Positions 1 through 10,488 of a DNA stretch of 64,000 nt are shown piece after piece. Origin of the DNA: SAR86 cluster bacterium. GTDB lineage: Bacteria > Pseudomonadota > Gammaproteobacteria > Magnimaribacterales > TMED112. The stretch covers positions 914 through 64,913 of the forward strand of contig QOPH01000005.1 of assembly GCA_003331635.1 (NCBI GenBank), in the 5' to 3' direction. The notes under the pieces are model-generated. The model did not search any database. It was not told where the DNA came from and saw only the letters and a list, made by a program, of their open reading frames with translations. The translations under genes were made by a program, and so were the position numbers. Each line of letters opens with the position of its first letter. Positions within the stretch are counted from its first letter, which is position 1.

Positions 1-86
1 AAAACAACTTTATTTTTATAATCACTCATCAAAACTTCATTGCCTGCAATGTCGTTTGCTTTGAAATCATAGAAACTTTCTTTCAT
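1..86 (-). CDS. glutathione peroxidase (GPx/BtuE family), N-terminal fragment; gene continues past window start
   Basis: Reverse complement of 1-86 translates MKESFYDFKANDIAGNEVLMSDYKNKVV, the conserved GPx N-terminus (YDF..DI.G..V.L..YKGKV). Not in ORF track because truncated. Confidence 0.55.
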   Translation of the reverse strand, partial: MKESFYDFKANDIAGNEVLMSDYKNKVV

Positions 87-95
87 AATTCTTAA

Positions 96-548
96 ATGTC
101 TTCTTTATTAGAATCCGTAATCATAAAAAAGTTTCATAATTTAGACAAGTTTGAACTTTATAAAATCATGCAGCTAAGAGTTGAAGTCTTTGTTGTTGAA
201 CAAGATTGTCCATATCAAGATTTAGATGGGCTTGATGAAGTTGGTACTCATTTATGGATTGAAGAGGATAGCGAAATTACAAGTTACCTTAGAATAAATC
301 CACCAAAAACTAGGTTTGATGAGGTGTCTTTTGGAAGAATCGTGACAAAAGAGGCCCATCGTAAGCGAGGTTTATCTGAAGCTATAATTTTGAAAGCACT
401 AGAAATTGTTGAAAATGAAAAACTTGGCTCAGTGCGAATATCAGCTCAAAGTTATTTAGAAAAATATTATGGAAAGTTTGGTTTTGTTAAATGTAGTGAA
501 GAGTACCTTGAAGATAATATTCCTCATATTGAAATGTTAAGAGATTAA
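96..548 (+). CDS. GNAT family N-acetyltransferase (ElaA-like)
   Basis: 150-aa ORF. ELYKIMQLRVEVFVVEQDCPYQDLDG block and acetyl-CoA loop HRKRGLS are typical of ElaA-type GNATs. Confidence 0.75.
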   Translation: MSSLLESVIIKKFHNLDKFELYKIMQLRVEVFVVEQDCPYQDLDGLDEVGTHLWIEEDSEITSYLRINPPKTRFDEVSFGRIVTKEAHRKRGLSEAIILKALEIVENEKLGSVRISAQSYLEKYYGKFGFVKCSEEYLEDNIPHIEMLRD

Positions 549-1334
549 TTATTCGCCTGTAAATTTTGCTTTTCTTTTTTCAACGAATGCAGCGACACCC
601 TCAAGGTTATCTTTACTACCGACAAGATCGTCTTGGAGTTTAGCTTCTTCTTTTAATTGATCATAATAGGACCTAGTGAAGCTTTCTCTCATCAGTTGTT
701 TTGTTCGCATTAGGGCTATTGGAGCAAAATCTGCATAAACTTTTGCCATTTCAATTGCATCCTCTAAAACTTTTCCATCGGCAGCGACTTCAGCGCACAT
801 GCCTAGACTCTTACATTCTTCGGCTGATACTCTTTGAGCTTCAGAAGCCATTCTGAAAGCTCTTTGATAGCCAACAATTCTTGGAAGAAGCCATGTCGAA
901 CCACCATCTGGAATAAGTCCAATTTTTGAGAAACCTATTTGAAAGAAGCTAGACTGCCCCATGAAAACAATATCTGAACTCATATAATATGCGCATCCAA
1001 TACCTGCACATGGTCCTTCCACTGCTGCAATAACTACTTTATCCATTTCGATGAGATTATTTAATCCAATGTGGTATCCCTCATTGAGTGCTTTCTCAAC
1101 GCTTTCCCAGCCCATTGAGTCCCCTGAGGGTCTTAAATCAGCACCTGCACAAAAGGCACCTCCATTTCCAGTAATTACAATAGATTTATATTTTTTATCT
1201 TTTGCTTTTTTTGAATAATCATTGAATAACAAAACTGTTTCAGGATCCAAAGCATTTCTTTTTTCAGGTCTATTTAATTTTATAATTGCAATATCATCTT
1301 GCTCTTCAAATAATACTTTGTCACTACTCATCAA
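549..1334 (-). CDS. enoyl-CoA hydratase/isomerase (crotonase superfamily)
   Basis: 261-aa ORF with LNRPEKRNAL and oxyanion-hole GNGGAFCAGADL motifs. Confidence 0.85.
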   Translation of the reverse strand: MMSSDKVLFEEQDDIAIIKLNRPEKRNALDPETVLLFNDYSKKAKDKKYKSIVITGNGGAFCAGADLRPSGDSMGWESVEKALNEGYHIGLNNLIEMDKVVIAAVEGPCAGIGCAYYMSSDIVFMGQSSFFQIGFSKIGLIPDGGSTWLLPRIVGYQRAFRMASEAQRVSAEECKSLGMCAEVAADGKVLEDAIEMAKVYADFAPIALMRTKQLMRESFTRSYYDQLKEEAKLQDDLVGSKDNLEGVAAFVEKRKAKFTGE

Positions 1335-2292
1335 ATTTCTCCATTACTAAGGTTTTATTAATTTTTTTCAGTATTACGCCTACTCTTTGCCTATCGCTTC
1401 TTTCAAATTTTATTACAGGATTTGCATCTTGTCTTGATTGAAAGAAAGATTTTTCAATTTCTTTCATTTGGCTGTGATTAGGAGTGGTAACTAATTCCAT
1501 ATCTAACCATAATCTAATAACCTCCGATCTTTCAAATGTATCTAATTTCTTTAGCCCTTCAATAGTTAATCCACCATCATCCTTTAAATCATCAATTTTA
1601 TCCTTTAGATAGTGCTCATAAAGTGAGTTTTGATCTTTGGTAATTTCTGTCATCTTAGAAACATTTTCATTTATTGAATGCCACTTATCCTTGATTCTTG
1701 GAATAACTTCTTTTCTTAGAAAATTTCTACTGTAGGAAATATCATTATTTGTATGATCTTCAATAAAATTAATTTTATTTTTAGATAGAAACTCAAGAAT
1801 ATTTTCTTTTGTTTCTTTTAGAAACGGACGCAAAATTTTATTTTCACCAACTTTAGCTACTCTTGGAATCCCAGATATTCCCTTAAGACCAGTACCTCTT
1901 ATAATTCTGAACAAAACTGTTTCTATCTGATCATCTGAGTGATGCCCTTGGATTATCAAAGAGTTTTCAGCCAAAGACTTCAAAATATTCATTCTCTTTA
2001 GTCTTGCTGCAGCTTCAAAACCCTCGCCAGAAACTTCAACCTTTATATTTTGTGATTCAAAATTGATATTCAGTTCATTGCAAAAGTCATTACAATGACT
2101 TTCAAACGCACCACTTTGTTTATTTCCATGATTGAAGTGCAATGCAGTTAATTTAGAAGTAAGTTTTACACTATCAAGGTATTCTCTCATCTTAACTAGT
2201 GCATACGTTGAGTCAGCGCCACCACTATATGAGACATAAATACGTGATGCGTTAAGAATTAAGCTCTTATCCTCTTCATAAATGAATGTCAT
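1324..2292 (-). CDS. tilS: tRNA(Ile)-lysidine synthase
   Basis: 322-aa ORF with PP-loop SGGADS near N-terminus. Lies immediately downstream of accA, as in Pseudomonas and E. coli. Confidence 0.85.
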   Translation of the reverse strand: MTFIYEEDKSLILNASRIYVSYSGGADSTYALVKMREYLDSVKLTSKLTALHFNHGNKQSGAFESHCNDFCNELNINFESQNIKVEVSGEGFEAAARLKRMNILKSLAENSLIIQGHHSDDQIETVLFRIIRGTGLKGISGIPRVAKVGENKILRPFLKETKENILEFLSKNKINFIEDHTNNDISYSRNFLRKEVIPRIKDKWHSINENVSKMTEITKDQNSLYEHYLKDKIDDLKDDGGLTIEGLKKLDTFERSEVIRLWLDMELVTTPNHSQMKEIEKSFFQSRQDANPVIKFERSDRQRVGVILKKINKTLVMEKFDE

Positions 2293-2295
2293 TAA

Positions 2296-3237
2296 TTAGG
2301 CGCCAATTTTTAGAAATTTTTGGTATCGATTTTCAGTTAATTGATCGATAGATTCTTTGCTGAATCTTTCTAACTCAGACTTAATAAACTTTTTAATATT
2401 GTCGTATGTTTGAATATGATTTCTGTGTGCTCCACCTGTAGGCTCTTTGATAATTGTGTCAATTATCTCTAACTTTTTTAAATTTGTAGCATCAAGCTTT
2501 AATGCATCTGCTGCTTCTTCAGCATTTTCAGCAGTCCGCCATAAGATTGAGGCACATGCCTCTGGAGAAGCAACTGAATAAATGGAATACTCTAACATTC
2601 CAATTGTGTCAGCTAAGCCAATGCCAAAACCGCCACCAGAACCACCTTCGCCAATTACGATATTAATTATGGGAGTTTTTAAATCTGACATTAATTCTAG
2701 ACTTGAGGCAATAGCCTCATGCTGACCAGAGTATTCTGCTTTTACACCAGGATAAGCACCAGGTGTATCAATTAAGGTAATTAAAGGTAAGGAAAATTTT
2801 TCTGCAAGCTTCATTACTCTATTGGCTTTCCTAAAACCAGAAGGATGTGGCATACCAAAATTTCTTTCAACTCTTTCGGCAGTCTCCCTTCCTTTTTCAT
2901 GCCCTATAACAGCAACTGGCTGTCCATCAAAAAAACCAACCCCTGCTACTATAGCTTTATCATCTTCAGATCTGCGGTCACCATGAATTTCTTCAAATTC
3001 TGTGAATACATTAGCAATATAATCAGCTGTATGTGGTCTATTGGGGTGCCTTGCTACCAATACTTTTTCCCAAGGTGTAAGGTTCTCGTATATTCTCTTT
3101 GTTTCTTCTTTTGCTAAAGCCTCCAATCTTTTTATCTCTTTAGCCAAGTTTTTTGGAGCTGGAACAGCTTTTTTAAGCTCCTCTACTTTCTCAAGACAGG
3201 TATAAATTGGTTGTTCAAAATCTAAATATTGTTCCAT
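2296..3237 (-). CDS. accA: acetyl-CoA carboxylase carboxyltransferase subunit alpha
   Basis: ORF 2296-3264. Start placed at Met10 (MEQYLDFEQPI) because AccA N-termini begin at LDFEQPI. Strong similarity throughout (RPHTADY, GGSGGGFGIG). Confidence 0.93.
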   Translation of the reverse strand: MEQYLDFEQPIYTCLEKVEELKKAVPAPKNLAKEIKRLEALAKEETKRIYENLTPWEKVLVARHPNRPHTADYIANVFTEFEEIHGDRRSEDDKAIVAGVGFFDGQPVAVIGHEKGRETAERVERNFGMPHPSGFRKANRVMKLAEKFSLPLITLIDTPGAYPGVKAEYSGQHEAIASSLELMSDLKTPIINIVIGEGGSGGGFGIGLADTIGMLEYSIYSVASPEACASILWRTAENAEEAADALKLDATNLKKLEIIDTIIKEPTGGAHRNHIQTYDNIKKFIKSELERFSKESIDQLTENRYQKFLKIGA

Positions 3238-3238
3238 A

Positions 3239-6200
3239 TTAATAAAGCTTATATTTCTCTTCACCGAAAAGCTTATTTAGCTTTTCGAACGTACTATCCT
3301 CCAGAGAAATCTTAAAATTGTCAACTTTAAATTCTGAAGATAAATTTAACTCCTCATCGCTAATTCTTATGAAAACATCAACGCCTTTATCCGACTCTAA
3401 TTCTTTAAGCTCTGGAAATTGTCCATTTCCTATCTTTTTCATATTTGCTCTGTCTATTTCCAAACATAGCTTTGTTGTCAAATGATTCCTTGAATCCTCA
3501 ATTGACATGATATCAGTAGCTCTCATCCTTATTCTTGCATCTTCTCTAAAATCATCATGTGAAAACTTCCCTTTGAGCATTACAATTGAATTTTCTTTAA
3601 AAAGTTCTTTTTTATTGTCGTGAAGCTCTCTTGGAATTGAAACATCTAAGTTACCTGTTTCATCTGATACTTCTAGCCAGATTGAGACTTGAGAACCTTT
3701 CTGACGTATCCTTTTTTTATGAATAAGAACTGGCAAAAATTTTTCTTGGCCTGATACCTGCAATTTATTGATCGGTTTAGTTATAGAAGAAATGCAATTT
3801 CTAATTGTTATCAGTGGATGCTGACTAAAATAGAAACCAAAGCACTCTAATTCCTTATTTAAAAGCTCTGATTCAGTAAATTCCTCTATTTTATAACCAG
3901 AAATATCAACTAGGCTTACATCACCGAACATATCAACTGCACCAGTTTCTTTACTGGAATGAATTTGATCTGATGCTTCAAGAACTTTTAAAATCATACT
4001 TATTGCCTCATTTCTGCCGCACAAATCGTCAAAAACTCCTGCCTTTGCCATACTTTCCAATGCTCTTTTTCCACCTTTGCGCAAATCAACTCTTGAGGCT
4101 AGATCCATCATGCTTTTAAATTCTCCCTTTACTCTTTCTTCACATAAATCCTGAACAAATTTCCTTCCAACATTTTTTAGTGCTGCAAGGCTATATTCAA
4201 TGCAATTATCTTTATTTACTAAAAAAGTATCTTTTGATGAATTAATATTTGGTGGAATAATTTTAACCTTCATTACTTCGCAATCTTTGATATGGGGTTC
4301 TAGCTTATCTGTTTTATCTTGCTCTGATGTGAGAACAGAAGCTAAGAAATGAGCTGTAAAGTGTGTTTTAAGGTATGCAGTTTGATAAGCAAGATAAGCA
4401 TACGCAGCTGAGTGTGATTTATTGAATCCATAACCTGCAAAAGTCTCTATATTTTCAAAGATCTCTCCTGCTTTTTGTACATCTATATTATTTTGCTCGC
4501 AGCCTTTAACAAATGTTCCTTTTTCTTGTTCCATAACATCTGCTTTCTTTTTACCCATAGCTCTTCGTAAGTTGTCAGCATCACCAAGTGAATATGATGC
4601 TAAAACCTGTGCTGCCTCCATCACCTGTTCTTGATAAACAAAAACACCATATGTCTCATTTAAAATTTTTCTTAACGCAGGATGCTGCACAGTAACTTCA
4701 GATTTACCTAATTTTCTTTTGATATATTGATCTAACATTCCTGATTCCATTGGTCCTGGTCTATAAAGAGCAACAAGTGCAATAATGTCGGAGAAATTTT
4801 CTGGTTTCATTCTCTTTACAACATCAACCATGCCTCTAGATTCAAGTTGGAAGATGCCCTTAGTTTTACCTGACTTCAGTAATTGAAAAACTTTTTTATC
4901 ATCAAAAGAAATAGATTTTAATTTAAAATCAGGTTCAATATTTTCAATAGATTTAACAGCATTATTGATTACTGTTAATGTTCTTAATCCCAGGAAATCA
5001 AATTTAATAAGACCGCTTTCTTCAACGTCATACATATCTAACTGAGTTGCTAAGGAATCAGTCTCCTCATCAAAGTGCAATGGTGTAAATTCATGAATAT
5101 CATTTGGTGCAATAACTACACCTGCAGCATGCTTCCCTATACTTCTAGCTCTACCTTCAAGTGCAAGAGAAAGTTCGATTATTTCTGCTGCCTCATCATC
5201 TTCTTCCCTTAGTTTTTTTAATTCGTTGCTTTCAGTTGGAATAGTGTAATTAGTATTTTTAGGTATTGAATTTCTTAAGCTCTCAACAATTTTTCCATCT
5301 TTTGAGACATTACCAGCTTCATCAGATTTTAGACCTTTTAAATCTTCCTGAAGAACTCCTTTTATGTAAACATCACCATTTTTATCAACAAAAACCTCTC
5401 CATATATAGATTCAAGAAGTGAAATTCCTGGAGTATCTGGTACAAGCTTTGCTAACTTATCTCCAAAACCATATGGCTTATCAAGAATTCTTGTTACATC
5501 TCTAATTACTCCTTTCGCTGCCATTGTTCCAATTGTCCCAATTTGTGCAACAGACTTTTCACCATATTTATTTTTTACATAATCAATAACGTTATCTCTT
5601 CCTTCAATGCAAAAATCAATATCAAAGTCAGGAAAAGACATCCTCTCCGGATTTAAGAATCTTTCAAAAATAAGTCCATACTTCAATGGATCAAGTTCGG
5701 TAATTGATAATACAAAAGCTACAAGTGATCCTGCGCCCGATCCCCTTCCAGGTCCCACAGGAATAGAATTTTGTTTTGCCCACTTAACAAAATCCATAAC
5801 TATAAGAAAATATCCTGGATAGTCTTTTTCTATGATTATGTTTAATTCAGACGCTAATCTCTTTCTATAAACATCTTTATCTAGTTTTTCATTCTCTTTA
5901 AAATATTCCTCTAGTCTCTGTTTTGAAATATTCTCGAGATGTTGGGCTAATGAAATTTCTTCCTCTATTTGATAAGAAGGAAGGAAATATTCTTCCTCAC
6001 TCAAAAAAACATTACATTGCTTTGCAATTTCAAAGGTATTTAGTAATAAATCTTCTTTATGATTAGATTTCATTTCATCAAAAGTTTTAAAGTATTGCTC
6101 TTTAGAGCAGCTTGGGTTTTCCATTTCACTTCTAAGATGTGTTCCTGTATTTATCGCTACTTTTGCTTGATGGTTTAAGTAATCACTTTGTTTAATGAAA

Positions 6201-6793
6201 TGCACATCATTTAATGCAACAGCATGAATATTTTTTTCTGAGCAAAATTTTATTAAATTTGAGGAATTTTCATCGTAAGCATCATCAGAATAATTCGTTA
6301 CACCTAAATATAGATTAGATGAGAAAGTGTTTTTTAGTGCACCAATAGTAGCTATAACATCTTTTCCTTGTTGAATATCAGTTGATTTAAAAATCGAGAA
6401 ATTATCAGAGGGTAAAATAAAAATAATGTCGTCTCTTAGGGTCAGTATTTCATTTTCGTTTATCTTTATTCCCTTATTTGCTTGTAAGTAACTTTTTGTA
6501 CTCAATGAAAATAACTTTTCCAGACCTTTTTTATTTTTTGCTAGCAATAGCCCTTTAGTAAGACCCTTTAAGTTTGATTCGATGTCAAAATCAACCCCGC
6601 AAATTGGTTTTACACCTTTTGATATTGCGTAATTATAAAACTTTATGATGCCAAAAAAACTGTTTTTATCAGTCATAGCGACCGCCTTTAGTCCTTTTTT
6701 TTGAGCTGCATCAACAATATCTTTCGGAGTAGGCAATCCAGATCTCAAACTATAATGAGATTTCACCTGTAGGTGTACAAATTCAGACATCAT
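3239..6793 (-). CDS. dnaE: DNA polymerase III subunit alpha
   Basis: 1184-aa ORF with PHP domain N-terminus (FVHLQVKSHYSL), pol core GPGRGSGAGSLVAF and FDFLGLRTLT. Conserved rnhB-dnaE-accA order. Confidence 0.97.
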   Translation of the reverse strand: MMSEFVHLQVKSHYSLRSGLPTPKDIVDAAQKKGLKAVAMTDKNSFFGIIKFYNYAISKGVKPICGVDFDIESNLKGLTKGLLLAKNKKGLEKLFSLSTKSYLQANKGIKINENEILTLRDDIIFILPSDNFSIFKSTDIQQGKDVIATIGALKNTFSSNLYLGVTNYSDDAYDENSSNLIKFCSEKNIHAVALNDVHFIKQSDYLNHQAKVAINTGTHLRSEMENPSCSKEQYFKTFDEMKSNHKEDLLLNTFEIAKQCNVFLSEEEYFLPSYQIEEEISLAQHLENISKQRLEEYFKENEKLDKDVYRKRLASELNIIIEKDYPGYFLIVMDFVKWAKQNSIPVGPGRGSGAGSLVAFVLSITELDPLKYGLIFERFLNPERMSFPDFDIDFCIEGRDNVIDYVKNKYGEKSVAQIGTIGTMAAKGVIRDVTRILDKPYGFGDKLAKLVPDTPGISLLESIYGEVFVDKNGDVYIKGVLQEDLKGLKSDEAGNVSKDGKIVESLRNSIPKNTNYTIPTESNELKKLREEDDEAAEIIELSLALEGRARSIGKHAAGVVIAPNDIHEFTPLHFDEETDSLATQLDMYDVEESGLIKFDFLGLRTLTVINNAVKSIENIEPDFKLKSISFDDKKVFQLLKSGKTKGIFQLESRGMVDVVKRMKPENFSDIIALVALYRPGPMESGMLDQYIKRKLGKSEVTVQHPALRKILNETYGVFVYQEQVMEAAQVLASYSLGDADNLRRAMGKKKADVMEQEKGTFVKGCEQNNIDVQKAGEIFENIETFAGYGFNKSHSAAYAYLAYQTAYLKTHFTAHFLASVLTSEQDKTDKLEPHIKDCEVMKVKIIPPNINSSKDTFLVNKDNCIEYSLAALKNVGRKFVQDLCEERVKGEFKSMMDLASRVDLRKGGKRALESMAKAGVFDDLCGRNEAISMILKVLEASDQIHSSKETGAVDMFGDVSLVDISGYKIEEFTESELLNKELECFGFYFSQHPLITIRNCISSITKPINKLQVSGQEKFLPVLIHKKRIRQKGSQVSIWLEVSDETGNLDVSIPRELHDNKKELFKENSIVMLKGKFSHDDFREDARIRMRATDIMSIEDSRNHLTTKLCLEIDRANMKKIGNGQFPELKELESDKGVDVFIRISDEELNLSSEFKVDNFKISLEDSTFEKLNKLFGEEKYKLY

Positions 6794-7341
6794 TTCATTT
6801 TAAAACTTTTTCTATGAATCTTTGATAGGCCAAATTCAATTATTGCCTCTTTATGCATTTGAGTGGGATATCCTTTATTTTTTTCAAAATAATATTTAGG
6901 GAATATCTGTGCGTATTGGCTCATCAAATAATCTCTAAAATGTTTCGCGTAAATTGACGCCGCACTTATTTGTTGATGGACTTTATCGCCACCAATAAAA
7001 GCTTCAGCATTTAATAGTCCACTTGGAACATATTTACCATCAATTAGTATTTTTTCCGGTTTTATCTGGATATTATTAATTGCCCTTTTCATAGCAAGAT
7101 GCGTAGCATTAAGAATATTCATTTCATCAATTTCTTGAGGAGTGCAAAGACCTATAGATGCATAAGTATTTCTTCTCAGAAATTGAAATTGTTTAGATCT
7201 TAAAGATTCTGAAGTGCTTTTAGAATCTTTAAATATTTCATTTATTTGTTCAGGAAGAATTACACAACTCGCAACAACTGGCCCAGCAAGGCAACCAACT
7301 CCTACCTCATCAACGCCTGCAATAATCATTAATTTGATCAA
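6790..7341 (-). CDS. rnhB: ribonuclease HII
   Basis: 183-aa ORF with catalytic AGVDEVGVGCLAGPV motif. Start could be Met5 at 7329. Confidence 0.9.
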   Translation of the reverse strand: MIKLMIIAGVDEVGVGCLAGPVVASCVILPEQINEIFKDSKSTSESLRSKQFQFLRRNTYASIGLCTPQEIDEMNILNATHLAMKRAINNIQIKPEKILIDGKYVPSGLLNAEAFIGGDKVHQQISAASIYAKHFRDYLMSQYAQIFPKYYFEKNKGYPTQMHKEAIIEFGLSKIHRKSFKMK

Positions 7342-8389
7342 GAAATCCTGAAAAATTTGGTTCTATTAATACGTTCGAAGCCTCTTTGAGTTCAATTGAA
7401 ATTTTTTCTTTATTTTTAAAATTATTTTTCATATCCTCAACAATGTTTTCTACAGTCATTTTATTCTGCAGAAGCTCTTTCATAACTTGTTTTCCTGCTA
7501 TTAGGTTAGGTAATGCTACGAATTTAGCATTCACCAAAATTTTATAAATCCAATAATTAATTAAATTAGTTTTATAAATAACAGTTGTTGGAATTTCAGC
7601 AAGCATACATTCTAATGTAGCAGTTCCAGAACAGCATATTGCAAGAGAGGCCTCTCTCATTATCTCTCTAGCTTTTACTACTTTTGCGCTAATACTAACC
7701 TCATTTTTTATATAAGCATTAATTAACTCAAGTGTTGCTTGGTCGTATGCAGGAATAATTGCTTTAAATTTTGTGTTTTCTGAAAACAACTTAAAGCTTT
7801 TTATCATTACTGGTAAATGGTGTTCGATTTCTGACTTTCTACTTCCTGGCAAAAGACATATCAGCTCGTCTTCCTTACCACCAGTGTAAAGATTTTTATT
7901 GGTTAAAAGAGGATGTCCAATGCATAGTGCTCCTTTATTCACTTCTCTACAGTAATCAAGCTCGAAAGGAAATAAACAGAGCATATAGTCAACGAATTTA
8001 AATTTTTTTGCTCTACCTTTACGCCATGCCCAAACAGATGGACATACTACGTGGACTGTTAAGATATTTTCTCTGTTTAATTGTTTATGAATTTCAAAAT
8101 TAAAATCAGGAGCATCTATACCAATAAAAATATCTATTTGTTCGTCTTTAAATTGTTTAATTAGTTTTTTTTGAAACTTTTTGATGTTAAAAAAATTTTT
8201 CAGAGGATCAATAAATCCCATGACTTCGATTATTTTTCTATTATTTGATGTGCCATACTGTAAAAGATCTCCATCACCGACACCAATAACTTCAATGTCC
8301 CCAAATTTATCTTTTATTTGTTCAATTAATCTACTTCCTAGAAGGTCTCCTGAAGGTTCTGCAGAAACAATTCCAACTTTAATGCTCAA
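7310..8389 (-). CDS. lpxB: lipid-A-disaccharide synthase
   Basis: 359-aa ORF with N-terminus GIVSAEPSGDLLG. Lies between lpxA and rnhB. Confidence 0.9.
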   Translation of the reverse strand: MSIKVGIVSAEPSGDLLGSRLIEQIKDKFGDIEVIGVGDGDLLQYGTSNNRKIIEVMGFIDPLKNFFNIKKFQKKLIKQFKDEQIDIFIGIDAPDFNFEIHKQLNRENILTVHVVCPSVWAWRKGRAKKFKFVDYMLCLFPFELDYCREVNKGALCIGHPLLTNKNLYTGGKEDELICLLPGSRKSEIEHHLPVMIKSFKLFSENTKFKAIIPAYDQATLELINAYIKNEVSISAKVVKAREIMREASLAICCSGTATLECMLAEIPTTVIYKTNLINYWIYKILVNAKFVALPNLIAGKQVMKELLQNKMTVENIVEDMKNNFKNKEKISIELKEASNVLIEPNFSGFLDQINDYCRR

Positions 8390-9166
8390 CTATCTATGAA
8401 TTCCTCTTGAAGATTTTTTTACGGATGTGATGAATATTTTTACATCTTCATCTTTCGAGAATTTTTTTTCTAATTCAGCAATTGCATCTTCAGAATTTAA
8501 TTTGCTCTTAAAGAAAATCTTAAATGCGTCTTTGATATTAGAAATTTGATTTTTAGAAAAAGATTTTCTCTCTAAACCAATTGTATTGATTCCAAATAAT
8601 TTCAAAGGGTTGCCTGCAACACGTGTATAAGCAGCAACATCCATTGTTATTTGAGAACCCATTCCAGTAAAACTATAAGAACCCAACTGAGAGAATTGGT
8701 GTATCAAAGTATATCCCCCTAAAGTTACGTAATCACCAATCTTTACGTGTCCAGCTAATGCACAATTATCAACTAAAATGTTGTGATCTCCTAAAACACA
8801 GTCATGGGCAATCATTACCCCAGGCATGATAAGGTTTTTGTTGCCGACTTTTGTAAAACCTAAGTCAGCTGCAGTACCTCTATGAACTTTACAAAATTCT
8901 CGAAATGTATTTCCATTACCAATCTCTAAATATGTCTTTTCCCCTTGATACTTCAAGTCCGGAGTATCTTCTCCAATTATAGAAAAAGAAAAAAACTCGT
9001 TATTAGAACCAATCTTAGTTGGGCCATTTACAACAACATGAGATTTTAAAATGCAATCTTTACCAATTGATACTCCAGGTCCAATAACGCAATATGGTCC
9101 AACTTTTACACTTTCATGAATTTTAGCATTTTTGTCTATTACTGCTGTTTGATGGATATTACTCAT
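8390..9166 (-). CDS. lpxA: acyl-ACP--UDP-N-acetylglucosamine O-acyltransferase
   Basis: 258-aa ORF with left-handed beta-helix hexapeptide repeats. fabZ-lpxA-lpxB order. Confidence 0.92.
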   Translation of the reverse strand: MSNIHQTAVIDKNAKIHESVKVGPYCVIGPGVSIGKDCILKSHVVVNGPTKIGSNNEFFSFSIIGEDTPDLKYQGEKTYLEIGNGNTFREFCKVHRGTAADLGFTKVGNKNLIMPGVMIAHDCVLGDHNILVDNCALAGHVKIGDYVTLGGYTLIHQFSQLGSYSFTGMGSQITMDVAAYTRVAGNPLKLFGINTIGLERKSFSKNQISNIKDAFKIFFKSKLNSEDAIAELEKKFSKDEDVKIFITSVKKSSRGIHR

Positions 9167-9587
9167 TTAAACTTCTATCGGCACAAATAATCACTGCAGA
9201 ACAAACTAATTTATCCTCTTTGAAGGCAGATGATTCAAATTTCCAGATACCTCTTTTAGAGCTTATAACCTTCGATTCAAATTTTAAAGTATCGTTTGGT
9301 AGCACTTTTTGTCTAAATCTTACCTTTTCTACTCCGCAAAGTAGATAAACTGAATCTTTAGTAGCTTCTTGCTTCATTATGTGTGAACCCAATAATCCAC
9401 AACTTTGTGCCATTGCTTCGAGAATTAAAACTCCTGGCATAATTGGAAAATCTGGGAAATGTCCTTTGAAAAATTCCTCTTCAGGCGAAACAAATCTTTT
9501 TGCAACTATTTTTTCATTAGATACTTCAATAACCTCGTCAATAAATAAAAAAGGATCTCTATGTGGTAAAAAAGCTTCTACTTTCAT
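9159..9587 (-). CDS. fabZ: 3-hydroxyacyl-ACP dehydratase
   Basis: 142-aa ORF with LPHRDPFLFID and GHFPDFPIMPGVLILEAMAQ motifs. Confidence 0.95.
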   Translation of the reverse strand: MKVEAFLPHRDPFLFIDEVIEVSNEKIVAKRFVSPEEEFFKGHFPDFPIMPGVLILEAMAQSCGLLGSHIMKQEATKDSVYLLCGVEKVRFRQKVLPNDTLKFESKVISSKRGIWKFESSAFKEDKLVCSAVIICADRSLNE

Positions 9588-10480
9588 CTATTCAACTTCG
9601 CAATTAATTTAAGTGTTTTCGTATGTTCCTGTACTTTCAAAACCCCACTATATACAGCTGATTTTAAAAGTGACTTAGTTACAAACGACTTTGCCAAAAT
9701 AACAACATCATCACAAATTTCAATGTGACCAACTATAGAAACATGTCCAGCTATTTGGCAATTATCACCAATTTTTGTGCTCCCAGCTATAGCAGTTTGT
9801 GCAGCTATAGCAGTATTTTTGCCAATAATTACATTATGAGCAATATGAATCTGATTATCTAATTTTACTCCATTTGCAAGATGAGTGTTTCCTATAGCTC
9901 CTCTATCTATTGTGCAATTTGCACCTATCTCTACGTCATTTCCAATAATAGTTGATCCAAGTTGATAAATTTTTATCCATTTATTTAAATTTTTGTCTTT
10001 TGCAAAACCAAAACCATCAGATCCAATAACACTACCTGAGTGTATTTCTGCATCATCACCAATTTTAGTGTTTGGATATATCGAAACATTGTCATGAATT
10101 TTTACATTCTTTCCAATTTCACAATTATGACCAATAGAGACATTCTCTCCACTAATAAAATTTTCGCCAATTTCAGGCTCGGTTTTTTCATAACTTTGGG
10201 AGAGTTCAAAAAATAATTTTGATGCCTTTGCATAGCCAAGATACGGATCATCAACAATTATTTGATTTTTAATTTTTACTTTTTTAGCTATTTCTGGAGA
10301 AAGTATTACTGCGCCTGCATCTTCTGAAAGTTTAGAGATGAAACTTTCATCTTTAATAAAACAGATTTGGTCATTTTTGCATCTTTGTGTCTCTGAGAGA
10401 TGGCTAATAGTTAAGTCAACATTACCTTTTGCTTCACCGTCGATTAATGATGCGATATCTCTTAAGGTAAGAGTGGGCAT
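9584..10480 (-). CDS. lpxD: UDP-3-O-acylglucosamine N-acyltransferase
   Basis: 298-aa ORF with hexapeptide repeats. Sits between skp and fabZ. Shorter than E. coli LpxD (341 aa). Confidence 0.9.
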   Translation of the reverse strand: MPTLTLRDIASLIDGEAKGNVDLTISHLSETQRCKNDQICFIKDESFISKLSEDAGAVILSPEIAKKVKIKNQIIVDDPYLGYAKASKLFFELSQSYEKTEPEIGENFISGENVSIGHNCEIGKNVKIHDNVSIYPNTKIGDDAEIHSGSVIGSDGFGFAKDKNLNKWIKIYQLGSTIIGNDVEIGANCTIDRGAIGNTHLANGVKLDNQIHIAHNVIIGKNTAIAAQTAIAGSTKIGDNCQIAGHVSIVGHIEICDDVVILAKSFVTKSLLKSAVYSGVLKVQEHTKTLKLIAKLNR

Positions 10481-10488
10481 TAATTAGA

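Noticed and set aside
2845-3117. Assorted short plus-strand ORFs inside accA, dnaE, lpxB, fabZ, skp, bamA, rseP, dxr, uppS and others (for example 2845-3117, 5607-5822, 8181-8399, 9379-9612, 10608-10886)
   Set aside because: All are nested antisense within well-supported conserved genes and have no motifs. They are treated as chance ORFs.
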